Below the pieces are notes generated by a model, which saw only the letters and a program-made list of their open reading frames with translations, did not search any database and was not told where the DNA came from. Position numbers and translations under genes: made by a program. DNA of 64,000 nucleotides from Camelus dromedarius (taxonomy: Eukaryota), in NCBI RefSeq assembly GCF_036321535.1, contig NC_087437.1, positions 118,732,001-118,796,000 of the forward strand. Direction: 5' to 3'. Below, piece after piece: positions 38,346-49,900 of the stretch (position 1 is the first letter of the stretch; the number at the start of each line of letters is the position of its first letter).

Positions 38346-38839
38346 GTGGAGACTCCCCAAGGCTACAGCTTAAATCCAGGCTTTGGTTGTTTGGGATGGT
38401 GTCCCTTAGCTGGTCCCTTGCAGATGAATTCGGTCATGACACCTGCTTCTCATCATTTGCTGTGATGGCGTTTCCCTGTCCCCCAGGAGAAAAGAGGTCC
38501 AGTGATACCTTTTTTCATTTGTATTATTTTGTAGTGTGTGATTTCCCATTTCTGTGTTGATTCTTAAAAAATTTTAATAAGGAGATAATTGTTTAAGAAC
38601 ACAGAGCTTCTTACCAGTGGTCATCGCTAGACTGGAGGGTCATGGCTAGTTTATTTTCTTCTTCACACTGAGGTACAATGCCCTCATGCTAAAAACGAGA
38701 ATGTAAGAAGGTGATGTGAAACCATTTCTACAAACCACATGTCCCAAAGCAGGTGTTCAAAAATGCCAGTAATTCTTCACTCCAACAAAGACATCTTCTT
38801 TTTTTCTTTACCTCCTTGTCCACAGAGCAGCCCTCACTT

Positions 38840-39750
38840 CTAAAGCTCTTTCAGCCAGTTCCTACATTTAGGTCTTTGATAAGATTTTGAGTCTGTTTTT
38901 GTGCGTGGTGTTAGATAAGGGTCCAACGTCACTCTGTTGCATGTGGATGCCCAGTTTCCCAGCTCCCTTTGTTGAGAAGCTCTGTATTGATCTTGGCACC
39001 TTGTCAAAAACCATTTGAACGCAAGCATCATGTCTTGTTTCTAGGCTCTCAGTTCTGCTCCATTGGTCCACATGCCTGTGTTTATGCCATTACCACAATG
39101 TTTTGACAATTGTAGGTTTGTAGTAAGTTTGGAAATCAGGGGGTATGGCTCCTCCAGCTTTGTTCGAGGTCATTATTTTGGCTGTTCAATGTCAATTTCC
39201 ATAGAGATTTTAGAATGGGGTTTTAGGCTATCTTTGCAAAAAATGTCTTTGGGATTTTGATAGAACTTGCACTGAATCCATAGATCGTTTTGGGTAGTAA
39301 TTTCATCTTAATATCAAGTTGTTCAATCCATAAGCAGAGGATATCTTTCCATTTATTTGTGTTTTCTATGGTTTTTCGAAGAAATACTGTAGTTTTCATG
39401 TATAAGTTTTGCAAGTCTTTAGTTAATTACCAAGTTTTTTATTCCTTTTGGTGGCTACTGTAAATGAAATTGTTTTCTTAATTTCCTTTTCATATTGTTC
39501 ATTGTTAGTTTATATAATGTAACTCATTTTTATTTTTAATTTTTTATCTTTCTATTTTGTTGAATTCATTTAGTGATTATAACAATCTTTTCGTGGACTG
39601 TTTCTGGTTTTCTGACATCACCTGTGGACAGAGATGACTTGGCTTCTTCCTTCCCGACTTGGACGCCTCTTATTTCTTGTCGCACCTGACCGCTCTGGCT
39701 GGGGCTTCCAATGCTGTGCTAAATACAAGTGGCAGAAGCAGGGGTCCTGG
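38840..39750 (-). mobile_element. L1 ORF2 fragment
   Basis: Peptides NKWKDILCLWIEQLDIKMKLLPK.IY.F..IKIP..FF and LDPYLTP.TK. Confidence 0.85.
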
Positions 39751-40205
39751 CTTTACAAAGTTACTCTGGTTCCAAAGAACTTTGTAATATTGAATCTAAA
39801 GCCTATGAGGAGAGAATTTAAAAGACAAAACATTGGTCGCAGTTTAGGTGCTATCCTTTTTTTCTGTTTGGATTTCCCCCCTCATTTTACAAATTGCATC
39901 ACATGTACAAACAGTCAGCAACGTAACTGAAAAGTGGAATCCAACCCTTTCACATTGTAAATGCTGCTGCGAAAAATGAAGTCTGAGAAAAATAAGCTCT
40001 GGTGTTTATGTCTGTTCCATCAGTTGTAGAGTCAACGCTCCCCCTACATGTTTAATGCATTTCACACATATGTAGACACACACGTTACCTCAACCAAAGC
40101 ATCTCATTTACCACCTCAGGACTGGCCCCCAAACCCGGGGGCGAGGCATCCAAGGAGGATGCCTGGGGCCAAGTGTATGAGTTTCCTGAGGCTTCCATAA
40201 TAAAG

Positions 40206-40856
40206 TGAGACAGCAGCGAAGGGGGCAGGCACAGACGTTCAAGGAATGATGCAGCAATTAACACCAAGGTGGCAGATGGCCCAACGCGCAGGGGTCCTCG
40301 AGGCCCAGGAAGGCGGGAGCTTTGACTCTAGTGGACTTGAGCTTCATTATAGGCTCACGGTAATATACTAACGCGGTAAATGGCACTCCCACAGGTGCCC
40401 TGACAGGTCCCAGGCTGACCATAAACAGTCAGAAAGCAGGTGGTGGCCCAGTTCCTGGGAACCCCAGCCCCTTCCCCAAAGCAGTTGGAATAGTCCTCCC
40501 ACTTGTTAGCATGTGAAGTTACTCAGCCCATAAAAACTAGCGGCCCCGCCCCTCATGGCTGCTCTCCCTGCTGGGTGAGATGGCCGGCACTCTGTCTAAG
40601 GGGAGTGTGTCTAGTTTTACTTTAAACTTGACATCCACCCCCACACCTCGTGGCCTTTCTCTTGCCTTCTGAGACAGCCTGCAGTGTCCATGGAGTGTGT
40701 GTGTCTCTGAATACGTCTGCCTTTACTCAGCTGTGGCTCACTCTTGAATTCTCTCCTGCGTGAAGCTAAGGACCCCCTCTTGGTGGGGTGCATCCCAGGG
40801 ACTCAGCTGAGACCGGGGGCATGGCCCTCCCCTCGCCCCACATTTTTCCTGTATCA
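40206..40856 (+). mobile_element. MER41-like solo LTR with 4-bp TSD (AAAG), inserted into an MLT1 element spanning about 40174-41300
   Basis: TG...CA termini (tgaga...tatca); AAAG at 40202-40205 and 40857-40860; MLT1 text ataataaag|taccacaaac rejoins across the insertion. Confidence 0.8.
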
Positions 40857-41987
40857 AAAGTACCACAAACTAGATAGCTTAAAGCAACAGAAGTTGTTTT
40901 CTCCCAGTTCTGGAAACTGGAAGCCTGAAACCCAGGCGTGGGCAGGGCCGGTTCCTCCCGGAGCTCCGAGGGAGGGTCTGTCCCAGTCTCTTTGCCCGCT
41001 TCGGCCGGCTCCAGCCGCTCCTGGTGCTCCTCACTGGCAGCTGCATCACTCAACCTCTGCTGGAGGCTGAGACCTTTGCAGTCTTCCTCTCTGTCTCTTT
41101 ATGTCAAGTCTTCTATCCTTTCTCTGTTAAAGATGCCAGTCATTGAACTAAGCTCTCACCCTAAATCCAGGACGATTGCATCTCAAGATTCTTAGCTTAA
41201 TCACACGTGCAAAATCTTTACTTCCGAATAAGGTCATATTCACAGGCGCTGGGAGTTAGGACTTGGATGTGTCTTTTGGGGAGACGCAACTCAGGCAACT
41301 ACACCTGGCTTCCCAGCAGGTCAAAGCGGGAGCTAACTGCTCAACAAACACCTTAAGATCTCTACAGCTCAACACGATCCAAGTGTGTTCCCTGCTCACA
41401 TCACAGTGATCAAGGCAGGTTGGCAGTGTTCTGAGACACACTGTCCCTTAAGTCAACAGCCTCCTTCCACTTAGTGGCCTCACCATCTTGGACTTTAACC
41501 TTCCACCAGATCCTCAATATCCAGCCAGCAGGTGAGGACGGCAAGGAAGGCTTCCAGGAGTCAGGCCTGGGAGCAGGGCCCCACTTCCCCCCACACTCAG
41601 TGGGCAGATGTCAGGCCTGATGCCACATCTAACTGCAAGGCAGGCTGGGCAATATGGCCCGGCTAAGTAGTCAGGAGGAGGAAGAAACAGAATTTGCATA
41701 TTGTCATTCCCATTCCTACATCCATGAAGAATGAATACTCCCTGCGTGAGAGCAGGCAGAAAGCTAGATATGAGCAGAGAAAGGGGGACGCAGAACAAAT
41801 GGCAGGAATTGGGCAGAAAGGAGGGGCACGGGACACATGCAGGAAACCCTCCATCATGTAAACACCAGGGGTCCCTGGGCAGAGAAGGAAAAGCAGGAAA
41901 CTCTGGGATGATAAGCAGTCACACATTTTGAGGAGACAAGTGCCTGGAGGCTGACGAAGAACAGTGAGGAAAAGCAGGAGTCTCCAG

Positions 41988-42375
41988 TGTCAGGACAAAC
42001 GTAACCTTCTGCTCATTGTGTCCTCATTACAGTGAAGTGAGCCTCGCAGATCAGAAGTGCCCGTCAAGCACCAGCGCTGTGACACTTCCCATCCGGACTA
42101 AGTAAGGACACACATCTCTCCTCCCTCGGGAAGGAGGAGCTGGGATGGAAATGAGGGAATAGGACCCGAAACCCCTCCCTCCCCAGGGACGATTCCACCC
42201 ACTCATTTTTACACCCTGTGCGACCAACTTGCCAAAGAAACTCAGGGCAGCCGCTCTCCTGAGCCTGCCCGCTCTCCCCTGAGAGTGTACTGTCCATCCC
42301 TTAATAAATCCGTACTTTATTTTTTAACCTCCGCATCTCGTCTCTGAACTCTTTCTGTGACAAGAAAACAACCTA
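41988..42375 (+). mobile_element. ERV LTR (family not identified)
   Basis: U3-R-U5-like text with AATAAA at about 42303 followed by cgtctctgaactctttctg. Confidence 0.55.
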
Positions 42376-42454
42376 GTCATGGGCTACACTTGAATAAAAC
42401 CCAGGAGTAAAGAAACAGATGTGTTCGCTGCTCTTCCTTCTTGTCCCAGGCACA

Positions 42455-42503
42455 CCACACACGCACACGCACACGCACACGCACACGCACACGCACACGC
42501 ACA
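42455..42503. repeat. (CACACG)n hexamer microsatellite
   Basis: About 7 perfect cacgca units. Confidence 0.9.
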
Positions 42504-45500
42504 GGCCCCTTTCCCCTCCCAGCATTACTGTGCATCTGGGGTTTTGTTCACAACAAGAGTGGAAGTCACGGAAGGCCACCCAAAGGGGAACAAGCAAAGG
42601 TGCTTGGTCACATCTCGTTATAGCAAGGGCGGCAGCCACATCACTTGCATTTTGGCAGAGACTCAAAGGCAGTAGGAGTAGGGAAGCTTTATCGCCGAGA
42701 AAAGGAAAGGCTTCAAGAGGGCCCTGCTGGGAGGCTGTGGGCGTGGGCAAGCCGAGGGAGGCCTCACTGGAAGTGGGCATCCCACATGAGGGCTGACCCC
42801 CATTCCCACGGCCCGGCCTGTCCGAGCTGACTTGAGGACAGCTCCTGAATGGCCATCGCCTGTGCCTCCCTCTTCTCCCAGATTCAGACCCTGAGACCAA
42901 ACTCTTCTCGAGCTCTCTGCCCAGTGTCCCACGCGTCCTCAGACCCAGCCTGCCCAAGCTGGAGTCCAGCATCTCGTCCCAGGAGCTGTCTTCCTCAAAC
43001 CCCTGTGAGCTCATGTGTTAGCTGCTTCATCAATAGCGAGTGTCCCCGGCCCTGGAGGGTGTGACACGAGTGAGAGAGAGAGACGGGGTGAGTGTTCCCT
43101 GCCTCAGACAGAAGCCCATTCTTACTCTCCCAGTTCCCCACATCCAGGAGTTCCCAGCACACAGCAGGTGATCAGAGAACAATGACTGCTGACTGTCTTC
43201 ATTAGGTCAAGTTGGGTTAAAGTTATGGGACAAGCTATGAGGAAAAGGTAAAGAAAGCACACATGTTTGTCTGGCAATATTCTTAAATGCAGCAGATTCT
43301 GGTTATTTGAGGTAATTACGTTGTACAGAGTCCTCGCGAGCATTCAGTCGGTGAAACCTGAATCCGTGCTGCTCAGGCACAAACAGGGTCAGGTGGCTGC
43401 CAGCCTCCGGTCTTTGTCACCGATCGGTATACAACCCTGTTCAGTGTGTGTTCGTTTAAAGACACCTCGCTGGTGTGTGTCGTTGGTTCACTGACACTGA
43501 GCTCACAGCCGGCAGCCCTGGGCTCACTCCTGAGGGACGCTCATCTAACCACGTGGCTTCCCCAGGGGGCGCGGCCCAGCCTTCCTGCCCTCGCCCCTAG
43601 ACAGCTCCTCCCGCTGTGCGTGGGGCCGCTTTGACAGGGAAATCGGCAGCGAAGAGTGCAAAAGCGAAGAAAACGCGGCACTACACAGGCTGTGGAAAGG
43701 GTCCCTGTGAGCAGTCTGAGTGGAAGCGACAGGCAGGTCCCCCTGTGCCACCTCAGTGGGCAGCCCAGTTTCTTTCCCCTCTGCCCGCATCCACAGAAGC
43801 GCTGCTAGTAATGCTGTGGGGTAACAAGCAAATTGTGGCGAGTAGGTGAATCCACCAGTAAGGGATCCGGGAATAAGGAAGATCGACCGTTCACCTAAAA
43901 TTGTCCACGTGGGCAAGGCGCTGGCCCTTCCGAGTTTCCATGATGCATGTCACTCCGGAGCCCCCTTGTGAATGGCTTTACTTTGGGAGGAGGTTGGTTT
44001 CCCTTAAAAGATCAGCCAGGATGCTGAGACTAGGAAATACTGACATTTTTGTATTTAAACATTTAATAGAGACATAAGTTAATTTGCTTGATACAAATGA
44101 ACCCCAATACTGATTAAAGTGGAAAGACGGGTCTTAATAAAAGCGTGGGATCTGGGCTGCTCATTTCCTTGCTTCTCGCAGCTGCAGCAGTGGTGAGTCC
44201 AGAGCAGAAAACGAATCCCCCTTGATCCGCTTCTCCCTGAGCTTTACGGGGAGGGAGGGCACGCTGCCTTCAACTCAGGTCCCTGGTCTGTTCCCAGCTC
44301 TTTCCTTCTTGCTCTCCTATGGTTTCCCTGACCCGATCCCGATTTCAGAGACGTTTTCCCTTCTGACCGAGGCTTTACCCCTGAACCTGACTTTGTAAAG
44401 GAGCCGCACACACCCCGGCTCAGAGTCAAATCCCATGGCCACGGCACTTTCGGCTTTGGATCCAGAGACGGTGACGCATGAGGTGACACCGGCCAGAGCT
44501 CTCCCCCGGGTTCAACCGGTGTTTTAACAAAAGGGCTACAATTTATGTGGCTCCCAAAGAAACATTTACAAAATTCACTGCGTACCAGCTACCTCATTTA
44601 AAATAAATTAACCCCATGAATTTTGGTGTTTGAGCCATTGCTTTGCTATGATTAAAGGCCCTGTTCTTACAATCCCCTGAGAATCCACTGATCCATTTGG
44701 ACCCACTGAACCACAGAAAGCCAAGGCCGTTGCCCATTCTGCTGCCTTACAGCTCCCTGGTGGCCGACCGGCCACTCGGACTGGATTCCTTTCCCCCCAA
44801 ACAGAAACTGATGGAGGAAATTCACCCTGGCTGTCCGGTTGCTTTTGTTTTTGCTTTTTGCTCGAAGAGGAAAATAATAAAGGCAGGTGCTCCATAGCAT
44901 CTTAGAAGATAGTCACGAACCCAGAAGGTCATCTGGACACGTGCCCAGAGTAACCCATGCCCACTCCATCCCAGAACATTTACTGAGCACCTGCTGATGT
45001 CAGGCCCTGCATTGGTCAGTCCAGTGTTATCTGGCCCCTCTCCTTGCTCTGCTCCAAACTCAGCTCTGTCCTACGAGGTGAACTGAGCCCCAGGCTTGCC
45101 TGGAGGTCCTGTGAGTGGGCATCTGTGCTAATCTAGTCTACTCTGCACAGGTTGATGGACCTTCGAGCCAGTGCTGTGGAGCAGGCAGCAGGGTCTGGAG
45201 ATGCAGGTTCTGATCCCGGAGCTGCCCCTCATGGGTGGAGATGGGGATGGGCGATGGGGGAGGGGCAGTTCACAGCTTGTCTGAGCCCCACCCCCACTGA
45301 GTGAGGGGTCACACTGAGTGGACTCCAGGGCTGTCTCTCCCTGTCCCTCCTTGGGAGGAGGGACAGTGTACTTTCCCCCTATCGATGGCTGGTCAGACAG
45401 GCCTGGGGGGCACCGAGACCCCTGCTTCTTGTGGCTAAAAGGAAAGCAACTGTCAGCACCTTCTGAGCTCCCCGCAGACTTGTTCCCTGGGGAAATTCCC

Positions 45501-46339
45501 GATCTCTGAAGCACATACTGTCGGCTTTCTCCCTCCATCCTGTGGAGGACTCGCTGGGAAAACTGAAACAACAGCAAAGAACCCTTGGCAACACTGACCC
45601 TCTGGCTGGTTCGGGTCTAGGCAGATGCTGCCCTTGGTGGCCAGGATGCCTGGTACTGGAGCAGTTACTCAGGCCAGACACGAGGGGGCACCGAGTAGCC
45701 TGAGCGCCCTCTCTTGTGCATAAATTCCACAGCGTCCCAAAGCCCTGAGATCACTGAGCCCTGAGTGTCAGAGGGACCTGGGATGGAGGGTGGGCTGGGG
45801 CTGGATGGTTGTCCAACTTGGCCTGGGAGTGGACAGATATCCAGGCAGTCACTCCCTCTCTGACCGGGTGCCTGTGAGTGTCCCCAGCTCTGCTCAGTCC
45901 AGGGGGGCAGTCAGGACCCCACCGTGCTGTTTGGGCAGCTCATGCTGAATATTCTGCCCTCCCTGCCTGCTGGCCCTGCACCTCCTGCAAAACCCCACTG
46001 GGGGGGCAGCGACCCCTCTGGACTCGGGCTTGGACCTTTCAGCCCTGTGCCAGGTGCCCGGTGATGAAGCAGACTGCACACCTGAGCAGCACACATTATA
46101 AACGGCGACTGCCCATTGCTCCCCATTCTGCTCCATTTCTTAACTTTGTTCCCCATTTCCCTTCAGCCTCTTGTACATAACTGAGCACATTCCTTTGCTC
46201 AACTGTTCTTTCTGACCTGACCCAGCATGGAGGGCAGCCTCAGCGCCCATCGACCGCTCCCCTGGCTCCCACCTGCTGTCATTTACAACTTCCTCACCCA
46301 AATAAAGAACGTGTCAGAGAAATGTCTGGGAAAAATGAC

Positions 46340-46345
46340 TTTATT
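46340..46345 (-). terminator. MX1: MX1 polyadenylation signal AATAAA
   Basis: tttatt on + strand, about 370 nt past the stop codon, followed on the minus strand by T-rich sequence. Confidence 0.75.
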
Positions 46346-46717
46346 AAAAATTGAAGAAACAGGCTTCGGTGTGCAGTCACACGTGGCACTAATGCCCCTA
46401 AAACGTCGGTGTGAAAGGCTATTACAGAAAGCAGGAAGACCCGTCTAGGATGCTGGTGCGTGGGTGAGTATCTGATGAAGAAAGGGAGAGAGTTGAGGGA
46501 AGGGGAAGAGCAAACAAGAAAATCGCTGGATGCCTGAAGCCCACCTGCTCGTCACAGCTCCTTACAAAGTCCTCACTCGCTAAGAGCAGAGAACCTACTA
46601 GTCGCTCAGGCATCTGTGAAATGGGTTGCTAATGATGCGAGGCTACCAGGGAAAGACGTTGGTCCTCCGCTCCCTAGGGATGTGTCCTGGAGACCCTGGA
46701 CGGGCCGGAGGGCCGGT

Positions 46718-46948
46718 TTACCCAGGGAACTTGGCGAGCCGGCGCCGAGCCTGGGTCAGCCGCGACAGCCGCTCCTTCAGGAACTTCCTCTTGTCGCTGG
46801 TGTGGCTGCGCTCCTTCAGAAGCCAGTCATACTCGTCCTTGTTCTGCAGGAGCTGCAGCATGCCCTTCTGCAGCTGCTGGCCAAACGACCGCAGCACAAA
46901 GTACTGGATGATCAAGGGGATCTGGCTGGAGATGCGGTTGCTGACCTC
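46718..46948 (-). CDS. MX1: MX1 last coding exon (GED)
   Basis: tcccag|[76 protein letters not shown]. Confidence 0.96.
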   Translation of the reverse strand, partial: EVSNRISSQIPLIIQYFVLRSFGQQLQKGMLQLLQNKDEYDWLLKERSHTSDKRKFLKERLSRLTQARRRLAKFPG

Positions 46949-49900
46949 CTGGGAGGAAGGAAGGGACAGTTCATAGCAAGTGAGGGGCCGCTGCAGCCTG
47001 GACACCTGACTTCACCACAGGGCCTGGGGACAGACCCGACCTGGCGGGCGGCAGGTCCCCTCCTGGGTTCACAGCTGCCTGCATCCTCTGTGCTCTGGGC
47101 ACAAGGGGTGAGCGCCAACCCTGCACTCCAACCACCTTCTCCTATTCACTAAATAGTTACTTTTTTTAGTTCTTCTACTTTTTTTTTTTTTTGATGGAGT
47201 TACTGGGACTGAACCCAGGACCTCCTGTATGCTAAGCATGCTCTCCACCACTGAGCTATACCACCCCCTCTAAATGGTCACTTTTGATGGAAGAGGTTAA
47301 AATGTACTCTAAAAAGCTAAATGGACGGACTGAGTATAAAAACTACATTTTCAAATTACTTGGAACTCTACTTCCAAAGATTTTACTACCCTTTTTTAAA
47401 ATCAAGGCTAAAATTAATTAGCAGGAAAGAGGCTGGGTCTTCCAAGGCCACAGAAGGAAACCCACTGTGTTCTATGTGTGTTGAAAATCAGTTTCAGCTT
47501 TTCCTCTCTCTGTCCCTGTAACTGGGCAGGACCCTATGGGGCCTTCCCAGAACAAAGCCCCCCATTTCCTCTGCTGGCTTCTTGTCTGGAAAAAAAAAAT
47601 AGCTAAGAATAAATTCAATCAGGGAAGTTTAAAAAATGCCAAAACAAAGGATAATAGTTAAGCAAAACAAAATAATAACAGTGTAGCCGCTAAACAAAGG
47701 AATTTTGTTCCTCCTCAAGGGCTGCAGGTCATATTCTGAGCCATGTCCTTTGAGCTGTTTTACAGACAGTAAAACCCCTACCAGGCGGAAGAAGTTAACT
47801 GCATGCTGCCCACCAGCAAGGAGACCCCAGACTGGATGGAGCCAGAAGGTGGACGCTGCTGACTCCCAGGTACCTCACCACCAGCCAATCAGAAGAATGT
47901 CCATGAGCTGATCACAGACCCCAAACCCTTTCCTTAGCATGTCGCCCCTTCCTCTTGTCCCTACAGAATCTCTGAAGAAAACCTAGAAAATAGGGGGTTG
48001 GCTGCAACAGCGCTTCCTTAGAAGATGCAGGAGGGCTCCTAGCCAGGGATGCGGGCAGCCTGCAGGAGCTGGACGAGGTGAAGAAACGGGCGCCCCCTGA
48101 CAGCCTCCATCAGGAATCGAGCCCGCCTGACACCTGGACTGTGGCCAGTGAGGACCGTCCTCAGCTGGAGAGTGGGGTTCTCACTAACATCAGAGACGAG
48201 GCATGGCTGTTAGTCCAATACTGCTTTAAGTTGCACTGAAGAGACCAGAGGCAAGAAAAGGAAGTTTGAGCTAAAAATGGAAAGAGGAGAGGAGGGTAAA
48301 ACCACCATTTGCAAGAGGATGAGTGTTCGCTGGGCAAACTCGGGAGAATCAGCTGTAAAACCACCACCAGCAGGAAGAGGGTCAGTGCGGGTGACAGAGT
48401 CAGACAAAACACAGAAAGCACGCTTGCTAACAACAAGCAGAAGACGCATCGCGGGACAAGGCTCATGCACACTAGAGACAGAGATGAGACAAGGCGGAGG
48501 AGCAAACTTGAGACGTGTTCACGGCCTTCCTGCAGAGAACTCTAGAACACTTCGGAGGCCACCCAGAAGGAGCTCTTACAACTGGGAAGACTCAAGACGT
48601 TCTTGGAACTGAAGCTGCAGGCGGGACGGAGATCGCTCATCAGCTGACGTGAACTAGGGAGCGTATCCATGGTCACCCGTGGTGACCCGCGATCTCCTTG
48701 GACAGGAACATCTAAAGTCACAAAGATGGCGACTCTTCTGTGCAGACCTGTGCACTGAGTGCCGTCCCAGTAAGGATGCCAACAGTTCCCTTGTTTCATA
48801 AGGAACTCGACAAGCTACCTCTAAACTTCATACTGAAACTGGAACAGACAAGAAGAGGCACCCAATGTCTGCACAGAGAGGCAGGAGCACAGGTAGTTGT
48901 GCCCCGTGTTCACTGCAGCCTCATTCCTGAGGGGCCGAAAGGTAGGGACAGAGCTAGTGTCCGTGGCCCGATGGATGGATGGACAAATGCAGGACATACA
49001 CACCATGGAGTATCATCCCCTTCAGCAGAGGAAGGGAGCCCTGACACCTGCCACACGTGTCCTCTCAGGGGATCAGAAAGGATGAACCTTGAGAACATTA
49101 TGCTGCAGAGAATAAGCCAGACACCAGAGGACAAATACTGTGAATCTAGTTACATGAGCTACGGAGAACAGGACAATTCAGAGGCAGAAGGCAGAATGGG
49201 GTGCCAGCGGCCGGGCAGGGGGTGGGGAGTGGGTGTTCAGTGGGAGCAGAGTTTCATTTGGGGAAGATGAAAAAGGTCTGGAGATGGTGGTAGTGATGGT
49301 TGCTCGCCAGCGTGGATGGGCTTAGGGCCACTGAATCGTACACCTGAAAAGTTAAAATGGTAAATTTCATGTGATATATGTTGTATCGCATTATAAAAAA
49401 AGGAAAAAAAGGAAATGAGGGGCAGTGGGTTTAGCATCGTACAAAGATGGACAGTTGTGGGGAGGGTAGAGCTCACCGGGTGCACCCGTGCCCGGCAGGC
49501 ATGGGGTCCTGGGGGAAACCCCCAGTACTGCCATCTAAATGAATAAATAAGTGAATAAGGAAGTAAATCAATACATAACATCTTTCCTGCCTAGACTTTT
49601 GCAAATCCCCACAGCTCTAAGCTGGGCACCCTTCCCCGAGGTGACTGAGAGGGCCCTTCGCATCGTGTGAAATGCGGGGTGGCTGTCCAAGCACGTGTCG
49701 CTGTGGCCAGCTGCCTCTGAGCTCCAGTGCTGCTGGAGGGGTTTCCTCATACCCCTCTCACTGACGATCCACAAGAACCCTGAGCGGAGACACCGTTTTA
49801 CAGAGAAGAAAGCTGAGGCTCAGAGAGGTTAAGCAACTTGGCCAGGACCACACAGCCAGCAAAACCAGACACGAGTCACAGGCTTCTCATCTATCCGATG

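Noticed and set aside
42373..43014. 213-aa ORF with CV repeats and the opposite-strand HT/HA-repeat ORFs
   Set aside because: Translation of the (CACACG)n microsatellite and adjacent repeat-like DNA.
47190..47269. tRNA gene
   Set aside because: A-rich tail, TSD and degenerate sibling copies identify it as a SINE.
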